A stretch of 51,208 bases of DNA. Origin: an uncultured Ignavibacteriaceae bacterium. GTDB taxonomy: Bacteria; Bacteroidota; Ignavibacteria; UBA10030. The position numbers were made by a program, and so were the translations under genes. The notes below the pieces were generated by a model. The model was not told the origin of the DNA, searched no databases, and was given only the letters and a program-made list of their open reading frames with translations. Below are positions 7,019-16,621 of the stretch, piece after piece. Location of the stretch: positions 1 to 51,208 of the forward strand of contig CAZOIM010000005.1 in NCBI GenBank assembly GCA_964579855.1, in the 5' to 3' direction. Each line of letters opens with the position of its first letter. The first letter of the stretch is position 1.

Positions 7019-8428
7019 GTGCGTATATTGCAGTATGGCAACCAGAATAATAGTACACATTTGAAGCACAACGAGAAAATATATATAGCTCTTAGTTCAG
7101 TGGTGGCGGCGGTTTTTCTCACAGGGCTCAAGCTCGCCGTGGGGATGAAAACGAACAGTCTGGGTATCCTCTCAGAGGCGGCGCACTCCGGTCTTGACCT
7201 TCTCGCCGCCATCATTACCCTTGTTGCAGTAACGATATCTGACAGGCCTGCGGATCAGGACCACCAGTATGGCCATGGCAAGGTGGAAAATATCTCGGCG
7301 TTCGCTGAGACGATCCTTTTGTTGTTTACGTGTGGATGGATAATATTCGAGGCGGTCAAGCGTTTGATCACACATACTTCGCACGTCGAAGCGACAATTT
7401 GGAGCTTTCTGGTCATGGGGGTCTCTATCATCATAGATTTGGGCCGATCACGCGCGCTGAGTCGTGTTGCAAAAAAACATCAAAGCCAGGCCCTGGAAGC
7501 GGATGCCCTCCATTTCTCTTCCGATATCTGGTCATCGATGACGGTCATTGCGGGATTGATTTTCGTCGCGATGGGATTTCCGCTTGCAGATCCGCTGGTG
7601 GCAATTGTCGTTGCCCTGCTTGTTCTCTTTGTCAGTTATAGGCTTGGTCGCCGTACCATCGATGCTCTGATGGACCGTGTTCCGCCGGGACTTAAAGAGG
7701 CTGTCGAAACTGCAATGAAAAACGTCGAAGGTGTCGAGGAAGTAAGAAGTGCCCGTCTTCGGACTTCAGGAGCCAAAGTTTTCGTCGATGCAACCGTGGC
7801 AATCCGGAGGACGCTCCCTTTTGAGCGCGTCCATAGAATATTGGACAATATTGAAAAGGCAGTTCACTCTGCCCACTCGAACATTGATGTGGTAGTTCAC
7901 GCCGAACCTTTCGCAAGTCCGGATGAATCCATCATCGACAAAATCAGGATGATCGTTGAAAACCTTGGTCTACGGGCACCGCATAATCTTGAGGTCCACC
8001 TCATCGACGGGAAATACTTCATTGATTTTGACGTGGAATACCAGAAGGGAAAGACTTTTCAGGATGCCCACGATACAGCATCCGAAATTGAGGGACGTAT
8101 TCAGCGTGAACTCGGCACGGTGGACAAAGTCACCATTCACATGGAAGAATACTTGCCCAGCGAACACGAGTTGAGCAATGTTACCGAATCGGAACGCAAG
8201 CTAAGAAAACAAATCGGGGAAATCGTTGAGAAGGATCGTCGTGTGTTTAAGCTGACGGACTGTGTGCTCTTGCAGGAGGGAAATAAATACAACGTGACCC
8301 TAACGTGTCTGATAGGGAAAACAAAAACCCTCGAAGATGTGCACCAAATTATTTCTGAACTGGAAACCGAGATCTATCGACGATTCAAACAGGTACGGCG
8401 TATCACTGTTCACGCAGAACCGGCATAG
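7019..8428 (+). CDS. Cation diffusion facilitator (CDF) metal efflux transporter with three tandem cytoplasmic C-terminal domains
   Basis: TM core with the CDF signature SLGILSEAAHSGLDLLAAII...DQDHQYGHGKVENISAF. Three consecutive alpha-beta-beta-alpha-beta modules follow, ending ...VVVHAEP, ...VTIHMEE and ...ITVHAEPA. GTG start. Confidence 0.85.
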   Translation: MRILQYGNQNNSTHLKHNEKIYIALSSVVAAVFLTGLKLAVGMKTNSLGILSEAAHSGLDLLAAIITLVAVTISDRPADQDHQYGHGKVENISAFAETILLLFTCGWIIFEAVKRLITHTSHVEATIWSFLVMGVSIIIDLGRSRALSRVAKKHQSQALEADALHFSSDIWSSMTVIAGLIFVAMGFPLADPLVAIVVALLVLFVSYRLGRRTIDALMDRVPPGLKEAVETAMKNVEGVEEVRSARLRTSGAKVFVDATVAIRRTLPFERVHRILDNIEKAVHSAHSNIDVVVHAEPFASPDESIIDKIRMIVENLGLRAPHNLEVHLIDGKYFIDFDVEYQKGKTFQDAHDTASEIEGRIQRELGTVDKVTIHMEEYLPSEHELSNVTESERKLRKQIGEIVEKDRRVFKLTDCVLLQEGNKYNVTLTCLIGKTKTLEDVHQIISELETEIYRRFKQVRRITVHAEPA

Positions 8429-8470
8429 ACCTTCACTGACTTCAGAAACACAACACCAGATAAGAGAACT

Positions 8471-9760
8471 TCACGTCTTCTGTTGCTTTTTCTTCGCTGC
8501 GGGGAACAAAACATTGTTGAGAATGAGACGATAGCCCGGTGAGTTCTTGTGAAGCGCAAGATCGGTCGGCGGATCGCCGACGTTGTGCTGATAGTCTTCG
8601 GGGTCGTGACCGCCAAAGAAAGTGAATGTTCCCCGTCCGTAGTTGCCGTGAATGTATTTCACCTCTTCTGTTCCCTCCCGTTCGGCAAGAATTGTCACCG
8701 TCGGTTTGATCAGATTCTTCTTGAACGCCGTTGTCTGCCCCATGAAACCCTTCACGATGGACACGTGGTCTTGCGTGAGCATGGTGGGCACCGGATCGTA
8801 CTTTGCGGAGAACTGGAATAACGTGAAATAATCCGTACTCGGGTCACGGATGGGAGGAGGGTCGCTGGGCGGAATATCAATGTCCGAGTACTCGTACCGC
8901 AGCGGATTCATCTCGAGCTTGAAATTCTGGAACGCCAGAGTCTTTGTGAAATCGAGTTTGTCCTGGGCGTGGGAGTCGGCGGGATCGCCGTCGTACATCA
9001 CATCGCAGATATCAACATTTTCCGCGGCGAGAGCAATGTCATATGAATCCGTCGCGGAACACATGGCGAACATGAACCCGCCATTCCCAATGTAATCTTT
9101 GATCGTACGTGCTACTGCCTTCTTCTCGTCCGAGACCTTCTTGAAACCCAGCTTGTGAGCCTCCTGCTCGTACAATACTTGTTGTTCCACGTACCATTGC
9201 GCGTTCCGATAATTGGCGTAGAATTTTCCGTACTGTCCAGTAAAATCCTCGTGATGGAGATGCAGCCAGTCGAATTCAGACAGTTTTCCGTTCAATACTT
9301 CTTCGTCCCAGATTTTTGTGTAGGGGATCTCCGCGTATTCCAGTGTAAGCGTTACGGCATCATCCCACGGTTTGAAATTCGGCGGAACGTAGACGGCGAT
9401 GCGAGGTACTTTTTCGAGTCGCACGACATCTTCATTGTTATCTGACTGTTGCACCTCAGCGTAAATAGATGCTGCCTGTGTGGCGGATAACGGATCGAAC
9501 AGAACACCCCGGACTCTACATTCGTTTGCCGCAAGATCGCTATAATCGCACATGAATGAACCGCCACGGTAGTTCAAAAGCCAGTCGACGTCAGCGTGAT
9601 GTTCAAGAACCCAAAAGGCAATGCCGTACGATTTCAGATGATCCGTCTGCTTCAAGTCCATGGGAATGAGGAGTTTCGCCTGGCTGAACAGGAGGCCCGG
9701 AAAAAACAATAAAGCAACGCGGAAAACCAAGGACCGTGCTAGTTTCACTGAATTGTTCAC
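8471..9760 (-). CDS. Secreted conserved protein of unknown function
   Basis: Signal peptide MNNSVKLARSLVFRVALLFFPGLLFSQA. From memory, homologues in FCB genomes are often labelled 'asparagine synthetase B'; I could not verify this. No catalytic motif recognised with confidence. Confidence 0.5.
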   Translation of the reverse strand: MNNSVKLARSLVFRVALLFFPGLLFSQAKLLIPMDLKQTDHLKSYGIAFWVLEHHADVDWLLNYRGGSFMCDYSDLAANECRVRGVLFDPLSATQAASIYAEVQQSDNNEDVVRLEKVPRIAVYVPPNFKPWDDAVTLTLEYAEIPYTKIWDEEVLNGKLSEFDWLHLHHEDFTGQYGKFYANYRNAQWYVEQQVLYEQEAHKLGFKKVSDEKKAVARTIKDYIGNGGFMFAMCSATDSYDIALAAENVDICDVMYDGDPADSHAQDKLDFTKTLAFQNFKLEMNPLRYEYSDIDIPPSDPPPIRDPSTDYFTLFQFSAKYDPVPTMLTQDHVSIVKGFMGQTTAFKKNLIKPTVTILAEREGTEEVKYIHGNYGRGTFTFFGGHDPEDYQHNVGDPPTDLALHKNSPGYRLILNNVLFPAAKKKQQKT

Positions 9761-9773
9761 CCTTCAGGACGGG

Positions 9774-10763
9774 TTAGGTTTGGGGAGTCTGACTTGGCCG
9801 AAGATCGGCGTGCTGAATATCGTGAATTTTGTGAAGCTCGACTCTGGTTTTTCCGCGGGCATCCACCCCGTAGATGGTGTCGAACTTCGCTCCAATGATC
9901 ACTTCGTCATGTTTATACGATGAACGGGCGTGAACGGTTTGAGAGAATGTATCATCGAATGCTTTCAGAAGGATCAGAAATTCGGCATCGGAATCTTTGA
10001 GACTCTCCTCGGATACGCCGAGTAATGGACTCGCTTCATCAATGGGATGAACAACCGTCCAGGTCAACGGAAAGAACGTCACCTGTGTCCGTTCGAGGGT
10101 TAACGGATAGAAGACACGTTTAATTTGCCCATTGAGCTTTTCCCGCCTTGCCAGAAGAACTTGTGCTTCTACCTCGATAAGCTGGTTGTTTCGTTCATTG
10201 GCAATCCTGAATTCGAATGCTGTACCACCCCGGTACGGCGCAATGACCGCGTTCTTGCTGAAAATGATCCTCGCATATGGTCTGGAAAATCTTCCGTAAA
10301 AAAGTCCGGCAGCCATCGCGAAGTAGAGCCACCCAGCCATCGATTCAAATGTCGCAATCGTATTTGCATAAAATCCCTCCGGGCTGATCCTCCCGTATCC
10401 TACCGTCGTAAAGGTTTGCGTGCTGAAGAAGAACGCTTCGGAAAAGCGGCTTAGCAAATCAGTACCAAGAGCTCCGAGGAGATGCTCAAAACCGACTGAA
10501 AGGTAAAGAATTGCAAAGATTGCATTGACGGAAAGAAATGATGCAACAAGCAGAAGGTTGAACCTTAGCCAGGTTGTCGAGATAAGTGTATGATAAACGC
10601 TCAGGGATTGAAAGAATGGAAGTCCCCGGCGTTCCACATTGAATGATCCGTCCCGATTGATCATCCGTTGATCCTGGTTGGAGACTTTCGTACCGAAACC
10701 GAGGTCTCGAAATTCGTCAGGACTCCTGTCCGACTTTGTTTGATTATTCAATATCGACTTCAT
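9774..10763 (-). CDS. Inward-rectifier-type potassium channel (KirBac-like)
   Basis: Two TM helices flank a pore helix and the K+ selectivity filter TTVGYG (FSTQTFTTVGYGRISPEG). A ~170-aa beta-rich cytoplasmic domain follows, as in Kir channels. Confidence 0.8.
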   Translation of the reverse strand: MKSILNNQTKSDRSPDEFRDLGFGTKVSNQDQRMINRDGSFNVERRGLPFFQSLSVYHTLISTTWLRFNLLLVASFLSVNAIFAILYLSVGFEHLLGALGTDLLSRFSEAFFFSTQTFTTVGYGRISPEGFYANTIATFESMAGWLYFAMAAGLFYGRFSRPYARIIFSKNAVIAPYRGGTAFEFRIANERNNQLIEVEAQVLLARREKLNGQIKRVFYPLTLERTQVTFFPLTWTVVHPIDEASPLLGVSEESLKDSDAEFLILLKAFDDTFSQTVHARSSYKHDEVIIGAKFDTIYGVDARGKTRVELHKIHDIQHADLRPSQTPQT

Positions 10764-10831
10764 CGCCGTTGAAGGATCGTTGCGTAATCAGGGACGAAAG
10801 TAACCCGAGGATCCAAGAGCTGCCACAGTTT

Positions 10832-12712
10832 TTATATTGCATCTCCTCTCAATTGACGAATGCGTTTGCGGGCCTGTTCCAGGTAAAGAGAATTTGGAAA
10901 TTTAACCAGGATTTGTTCGTAAGCCGCAATCGCTTTTTCCTTGTCCTTGAGAATACGCTGATACGTTTCGGCGATTCTCATCTGTGCACGATCTCTCAGG
11001 ATGCTTTCGGGCATGTCGTTTACGATATGCAAGAATGTTGAGAGCGCTTCATTCGGATGGTCCAACGATAACTGTAACTCCGCCATCTTGAGGGTTGCGT
11101 CATCGACGAGGAGCGATGTCGGATAGACTTTCACGACCTCGGAGAATCGGGCGAGCGATTCTGAGTATTTGCGTTGTCTCATCAACAGGTCGGCCTTCGC
11201 ATATCCACTCAATGCTGAGAGGGCGGTTCCCTTATTCTCCATTATGAAGTACTGGAGGAGAAGAGCATCATTCGAGTAATCGGAATTCAGACTTGCGGTC
11301 AAAGGCTTGAGTTCTGTCAAGGCCGAATCAAACCTGGCATCAAAATAGTCCAGTTCTGCAATGCGAAATTGAATCGATTGCTGATGCTGAGGGACTGGTG
11401 TGCTCAGCAGATTTTGGTATTCTTTGCGGGCGGCCGGGAGGTCATTTTGCAGCACATACACCTCGGCGGTTTTCATCGAAGCATCGACAGCGAGGTTGGC
11501 TGTCGGAGCAACGGCCTTCGCCCGAGCGAACGATTCGCGTGCTCCATTCAAGTCGAAGAATTGTTCCATACGAATCATTCCGATCCGGTAATACGACTGC
11601 GCGGCGAGGTCGGAATTCGGATAATCATGAATGATTGCATCGTACAGCCGGGCAACATTTTGGAAGCTTTTCTCGGTTTCAGAGATTCTCGGTGACGCGG
11701 AATCATTTTGAAAAGGGGTCTCACCATGGGGCCGAACCTCGGAAGAATCGGCATCAATATTCAACTCTTCCATCGAACGTGCATATCCGAAACGTGCCTG
11801 GGAAACGTTCGAAGGGTTGCGGGACTGTTCAACGATTTCTTGAAAAGCGTGAGAAGCGATGAGATGGTTTCCATCTTGCGCGGCACGCTGGGCGAATTCC
11901 AGAAGGTCCGAGCCATTCATATTGCTCAATCGGTCAATCATCCGGTATTCATCAAAAGCTGTTTGGTAGTCTTTTGCTTCCATCGCAAGCCATGCGTCAA
12001 GTCTTCGCAACGTTATGTTCTCCGGCTCATGCCGCACTTCATTGCGTGTTGCATCGGTGGCGGCACGAAGTCCTGCGTCGCGCATGCTAAAAGATGCAAT
12101 TCTGCTTTCGATGAAGGGAAGCTGCTGAGGGTACGTCCTGAGCAATTTAATAAATTCGATGGAAGCGGCTCCGTATTGTTGTAAAACGGTGTAAAGGCTG
12201 GCAAGCTCCTCGGTAAACACGTTTTCGTTCCCGCTTCCCTTGCGCCCAGCAAGGTAAGTGCTTATCGCCTTTTCAAAGAGGCGGTGCTCCATCATTTGGG
12301 AAGCTACAAGCCGGTAGAGACCTATGTTTTTTCTGTCGGTTCCTATCAGTCGGTCCCATACGGAATCCGCCTTTTGTTCAGAACCTGATTCGCAGTAGAT
12401 GCCCCCGAGAGAGGCAAGCAATCCGGCGTTTCCTGGCTGCGAGTGCAGTCGTTGCTCGGTTATGTCAACGGCCTTTTCGTAGGCACGGAGTTGCACGTAT
12501 CCGGTTTTCAATCCTTCGAAATAGATTTCGTTATTCGGATCGGCGTCGTGCAGTTTTTCGAAGAGTGCAACCGCTTGTTCCCATTCTCCCGATTGCGCAT
12601 ATGATTGCGCGAGCCTCAGTTGAAATTCGGCGTCTCCGTTTTGCGCACGCAATGGTGAAACAAGACTCGCGACTGCAAAAAGTAGAACTAGTTGTCTGAA
12701 AATTCTGTTCAT
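10832..12712 (-). CDS. Secreted tetratricopeptide-repeat (TPR) protein
   Basis: Signal peptide MNRIFRQLVLLFAVASLVSPLRAQ. Many 34-aa A/Y/L-rich repeats occur throughout (e.g. AQSYAQSGEWEQAVALFEKLHDADPNN). Confidence 0.75.
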   Translation of the reverse strand: MNRIFRQLVLLFAVASLVSPLRAQNGDAEFQLRLAQSYAQSGEWEQAVALFEKLHDADPNNEIYFEGLKTGYVQLRAYEKAVDITEQRLHSQPGNAGLLASLGGIYCESGSEQKADSVWDRLIGTDRKNIGLYRLVASQMMEHRLFEKAISTYLAGRKGSGNENVFTEELASLYTVLQQYGAASIEFIKLLRTYPQQLPFIESRIASFSMRDAGLRAATDATRNEVRHEPENITLRRLDAWLAMEAKDYQTAFDEYRMIDRLSNMNGSDLLEFAQRAAQDGNHLIASHAFQEIVEQSRNPSNVSQARFGYARSMEELNIDADSSEVRPHGETPFQNDSASPRISETEKSFQNVARLYDAIIHDYPNSDLAAQSYYRIGMIRMEQFFDLNGARESFARAKAVAPTANLAVDASMKTAEVYVLQNDLPAARKEYQNLLSTPVPQHQQSIQFRIAELDYFDARFDSALTELKPLTASLNSDYSNDALLLQYFIMENKGTALSALSGYAKADLLMRQRKYSESLARFSEVVKVYPTSLLVDDATLKMAELQLSLDHPNEALSTFLHIVNDMPESILRDRAQMRIAETYQRILKDKEKAIAAYEQILVKFPNSLYLEQARKRIRQLRGDAI

Positions 12713-12735
12713 TCCGCGTCAACAAGAACTGAAGG

Positions 12736-12764
12736 AATATACCTAAAAAACGATGGCTCTCCAA
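12736..12764 (-). promoter_or_regulatory. Candidate promoter for the TPR-Kir-secreted protein operon
   Basis: Minus strand reads TTGGAG, a 17-nt spacer, then TATATT (12741-12736). The -10 element ends about 23 nt upstream of the ATG at 12712. Confidence 0.4.
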
Positions 12765-12809
12765 CGGATGTTCAGTCAAAACGTCACAAGATCTGTTCGG
12801 AGCGATTTC

Positions 12810-12838
12810 TTGACAAGCCTAACGAATTTACTTAACTT
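12810..12838 (+). promoter_or_regulatory. Candidate promoter for dxr-rseP
   Basis: TTGACA (12810-12815), a 17-nt spacer, then TAACTT (12833-12838). The -10 element ends 22 nt upstream of the dxr ATG. Confidence 0.5.
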
Positions 12839-12860
12839 GATTTTCCATAGAGATGGACGA

Positions 12861-14003
12861 ATGAAGAATATTGCGATACTGGGTTCGACAGGATCAATCG
12901 GCCGCAGCAGCCTCGAAGTCATCAAGAACCTCCCCGATCAATTCCGTGTTACATATCTTACGGCGAACAAGAATATTGATCTTCTGCAAAAGCAGATCGC
13001 GCAATTTCATCCTCGTGGTGTTGCTGTCCTTGATAGCTGCAACGCTGCCGTCTTAAAAAAGGTTCTGGAGGACAAGATAGAGGTGCACGTTGGGGAAGAG
13101 GGGTTATCGGAGATCGTCAGACGCGCGGACGTAGACATTGTCATAAGCTCGCTCGTCGGTTTTGCAGGACTGAGACCGACAATCGAAGCAATCAAGCACA
13201 AAAAGATCGTTGCCCTTGCAAACAAGGAAACACTTGTTGTTGCTGGACAGTTGATGACCTCGCTGGTCAAGGAGTATGGTGTCCGCCTTATTCCCATTGA
13301 CAGTGAGCACAGCGCTATTATGCAATGCCTTGTCGGTGAGGAACCCTCCCACATTGCGAAATTAATCCTGACGGCCTCGGGCGGGCCATTTCTCAACAGG
13401 TCACTGAAGGATTTCGATACGATTACGGTGGAAGAAGCCCTCAACCATCCGAACTGGAGCATGGGGAAAAAAGTTACGGTTGATTCGGCGACGCTGATGA
13501 ACAAAGGGCTGGAAGTCATCGAGGCTCACTGGCTCTTCGATCTGCCTCCTGAACGAATTGAGATCGTTATTCACCCTCAATCCATTATTCATTCGATGGT
13601 GGAATTTATCGATGGTTCTCTCAAGGCGCAGCTCGGTCTGCCCGACATGAAGATTCCGATCCAGTATGCACTGACGTATCCAGCGCGGCTTCCCATGAAT
13701 GGCAAAAGGGTTGATTTTCCCAAGTTAAGCACAATGACATTCTTTGAACCGGATCGAAAAAAGTTTCGTTGTCTGCAGATCGCATACGATGTGCTTTCTC
13801 TTGGAGGCACTGCCCCGGCAGCGATGAATGCAGCAAACGAGATTGCGGTCGAAGCCTTTCTTGGCCGAAAGATCTCATTTAAAAGAATTCCCGAGTTGAT
13901 AGAAAAGGCTGTTAACTCCCACAAGGGAATTCCCTCGCCGGACTTGCAGGAGATCATTGAAGCTGATGCTTCATCACGAAAATTCGTACGTTCACTGCTA
14001 TAG
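12861..14003 (+). CDS. dxr: 1-deoxy-D-xylulose 5-phosphate reductoisomerase
   Basis: N-terminal NADPH motif MKNIAILGSTGSIGRSSL. Also LANKETLV, IPIDSEHSAI, HPNWSMGKKVTVDSATLMNKGLEVIEAHWLF. The ORF-track start at 12753 adds 36 non-homologous residues; ATG 12861 is preferred. Confidence 0.95.
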   Translation: MKNIAILGSTGSIGRSSLEVIKNLPDQFRVTYLTANKNIDLLQKQIAQFHPRGVAVLDSCNAAVLKKVLEDKIEVHVGEEGLSEIVRRADVDIVISSLVGFAGLRPTIEAIKHKKIVALANKETLVVAGQLMTSLVKEYGVRLIPIDSEHSAIMQCLVGEEPSHIAKLILTASGGPFLNRSLKDFDTITVEEALNHPNWSMGKKVTVDSATLMNKGLEVIEAHWLFDLPPERIEIVIHPQSIIHSMVEFIDGSLKAQLGLPDMKIPIQYALTYPARLPMNGKRVDFPKLSTMTFFEPDRKKFRCLQIAYDVLSLGGTAPAAMNAANEIAVEAFLGRKISFKRIPELIEKAVNSHKGIPSPDLQEIIEADASSRKFVRSLL

Positions 14004-14027
14004 CAATACTAATCTAAAGCAAATCTC

Positions 14028-15386
14028 ATGGAATTTCTTTCCTCAGTATTCTATTTCGTTATCACCATCGGCGTGCTCGTATTCATACACGAGTTCGGTC
14101 ATTTTGCAGCAGCCCGAATGTTCGGGATTCGGGCTGATGTCTTTGCTCTCGGTATGGGATACAGACTGTTCGGTTTCAACAAGGTGAATGGATTCTCCTT
14201 TGGCAAACTCGCTTCGGATATTGAACTCAACGGGCATACAGACTATCGTGTCTCTGCATTTCCTATCGGCGGCTATGTGAAAATCGCGGGAATGATCGAT
14301 GAAAGTCTCGACACCGAGTTCCTCACCAAAGATCCTCAACCATGGGAGTTTCGATCGAAGCCAATCTGGCAGCGAATGATTGTCCTTTCGGCCGGGGTTG
14401 TCATGAATGTCCTATTGGCGATTGCCGTTTTCTGGGGATTGATTTTTTACAATGGCAAAGTCGTACACCCCGTGACGGAAATTGGATACGTTTCGGCGAA
14501 CAGTCCCGCCCAGCGATCAGGATTGCTACAGGGAGACAAAATCCTGACAGTTAACGGAAAAGCTGTTGTGTACTGGGAGGACATTGACAATCTAATCTAT
14601 GCGGAGAATTTTGGAGAAAATATTCTCATCAAAGTTCAACGCGAAGGCGGGGTACAGTCTATTCCGATCAAGGCCTCTTCCATTCCCGAAAATCCTGATA
14701 ATCTTGGTCTTTTGCCTGCAGGAGCTGTCCCCGTCGTTGGAAATGTTGAAAAGGGCAAGCCTGCTGAAGGTATTGGCTTGATTCCCCGGGATACGATAAT
14801 CAGTGTCAATGGGGTGAAAGTGACATACGCTTCTCTGCCGATCATGGTGCAGCAGAATGCGTCGAAACAAATCATCCTTCGATGGAAACGCGGGGATAGA
14901 CTTCTTGAGTCAAAAGTGACACCTACTGCAGAAGGAAAAATTGGGATTGCGCTCTTTCCGGCTTATCAAGGTCCTGTGGACCACATGCGTTACTCGCTGT
15001 TGGAGGCATTTCCAGCGAGCGTCAAAGACGTGGCGAGATCGAGCACATTTCTTGTGAGTAGCCTGTGGCAAGTCGTCGTCGGGAAGGTTTCGTTTTCAAA
15101 GTCTGTTGGCGGTCCCGTGAAAATTGCGCAGATGGCGAATCAGGCCGCCGAGGAAGGGGGAACAAGCTTCTTGACTTTCATTTCCCTGCTTAGTCTCAGT
15201 CTGGCATTCATTAATATCCTTCCTTTTCCGGCCCTCGATGGGGGGCACCTCCTGTTTGTTGCTTACGAAGGTATTTTTAAGAAAGAAATACCGACCAAGG
15301 TAAAAATTGCCCTTCAGCAAACGGGGTTCTTCCTACTGCTTGCTTTTATGGCCGTGGTTCTCTATAATGACATCTCAAATCTATGA
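14028..15386 (+). CDS. rseP: RIP site-2 metalloprotease (M50, RseP family) with PDZ domains
   Basis: HExxH motif in IHEFGHF. Central PDZ regions (SPAQRSGLLQGDKILTVNGK; GKPAEGIGLIPRDTIISVNG). C-terminal NILPFPALDGGH motif. The dxr-rseP arrangement is conserved. Confidence 0.92.
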   Translation: MEFLSSVFYFVITIGVLVFIHEFGHFAAARMFGIRADVFALGMGYRLFGFNKVNGFSFGKLASDIELNGHTDYRVSAFPIGGYVKIAGMIDESLDTEFLTKDPQPWEFRSKPIWQRMIVLSAGVVMNVLLAIAVFWGLIFYNGKVVHPVTEIGYVSANSPAQRSGLLQGDKILTVNGKAVVYWEDIDNLIYAENFGENILIKVQREGGVQSIPIKASSIPENPDNLGLLPAGAVPVVGNVEKGKPAEGIGLIPRDTIISVNGVKVTYASLPIMVQQNASKQIILRWKRGDRLLESKVTPTAEGKIGIALFPAYQGPVDHMRYSLLEAFPASVKDVARSSTFLVSSLWQVVVGKVSFSKSVGGPVKIAQMANQAAEEGGTSFLTFISLLSLSLAFINILPFPALDGGHLLFVAYEGIFKKEIPTKVKIALQQTGFFLLLAFMAVVLYNDISNL

Positions 15387-15478
15387 AAAACAATGACTTG
15401 TGAGAGTGATCACGCAACAGGTCATCGTCCGGTGGTATCTTCATGCAGAACACAAATTATTACTTAGGAGGACTGAAG

Positions 15479-16585
15479 ATGAAACGGAACATCGCGATAG
15501 ACAGGTTCGCGTGGATCCTTGCAGCAATTGTGGCGCTTGGATTCTCAACCTCGAGGGCGCAAACGATAACGCGAGTCGATTTCGATCTCCCGTCATTGGA
15601 CTACGACGTCATCTATCTTGCGGATTTCATAGATGTATCGTCCAACAAGCTTTCGAGCAATATTCCAAATTTCAATGGGACAATTCGCGCAAATGGGAAA
15701 GGATATATTGTTCTCCATGCAACGGTACTGCTCCAACTTAAAGGAGATCACGGTCCCCAAGAGTTGGTCTACGCAGAGACGGAGCCATTCTTCATCAACG
15801 GGTCGCGATCACTCACAGCGACAGATCTTGCTGCCGGAGGTGCTTCCGATATCAAAATCAAAGGAACCCCATACAGAGAAAACCAGTCTCTTCGTGACAG
15901 GATCCAGAACTATGCAAAACAGTTTCCAACCGCTCCGGTAGGACAGTACATAATTCAGCTTGTCGCCTTTGACTCGAGCAACACAATTAATTTGGGACCG
16001 GGAACTCAAAAAACCATTTCCATTAAGAATGCCTCGCCGGACGAAGTACAGGTCAATCTCGTCGACCCCCAACCCGGAGCCGTTATATCTGTCACGGTAC
16101 CGACATTTACGTGGACGTCGCCCAATCCGGATGTTACGTTGTATGTTTATGAAAAACCGCCATATTATAATAGCCTTGAAGAGGCAGTCAATGGTGTTCC
16201 CTACCTAAAACAGGAAGTGAATGGACCACAGACGTTTACGTATCCCGCTATAGCAACTCCAACAGCACGAACGTTGTGGCCGAACAAGTCGTATGTTTGG
16301 TACGTTGAGGCGGCTGTGACTACGAATCGCCAGACAGTGCAGAAGCGAAGCGAAATCCGACTGTTCAGAATTCAAACGGATAATCGTGCAGATCAAGAGG
16401 TCTCGGATATCATGGGCGGTTTTGGGAGCGGCCCTGCTGGCACATTTTCCACACTTCAGAGCATCGGATGGACTCCGACGGGAACAATGACACTTGATGG
16501 GAAGCCATTGACCCTCGATGATTTAAAGGCCTTAGTGGCCAAATTGACGGCTCAGAATATTCAAGTAACAGTTCGCGTCGAATAA
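15479..16585 (+). CDS. Secreted hypothetical protein
   Basis: AGGAGG Shine-Dalgarno before ATG 15479. Signal peptide MKRNIAIDRFAWILAAIVALGFSTSRAQ. Beta-rich sequence with no recognised motif. The ORF-track start at 15443 is less likely. Confidence 0.6.
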   Translation: MKRNIAIDRFAWILAAIVALGFSTSRAQTITRVDFDLPSLDYDVIYLADFIDVSSNKLSSNIPNFNGTIRANGKGYIVLHATVLLQLKGDHGPQELVYAETEPFFINGSRSLTATDLAAGGASDIKIKGTPYRENQSLRDRIQNYAKQFPTAPVGQYIIQLVAFDSSNTINLGPGTQKTISIKNASPDEVQVNLVDPQPGAVISVTVPTFTWTSPNPDVTLYVYEKPPYYNSLEEAVNGVPYLKQEVNGPQTFTYPAIATPTARTLWPNKSYVWYVEAAVTTNRQTVQKRSEIRLFRIQTDNRADQEVSDIMGGFGSGPAGTFSTLQSIGWTPTGTMTLDGKPLTLDDLKALVAKLTAQNIQVTVRVE

Positions 16586-16621
16586 GACTGCGACGTTTGA
16601 AACTATTGAGGAGACTTTGGA

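Noticed and set aside
12753-12860. N-terminal extensions offered by the ORF track for dxr (12753), the sigma factor (4541), feoA (30670), the secreted protein (15443), the M28 peptidase (41929), DedA (44369) and purH (41185)
   Set aside because: In each case an internal ATG restores the conserved N-terminus or a proper signal peptide. That ATG is often preceded by an SD or forms an ATGA stop-start overlap. The extensions add non-homologous residues or overlap the upstream gene.
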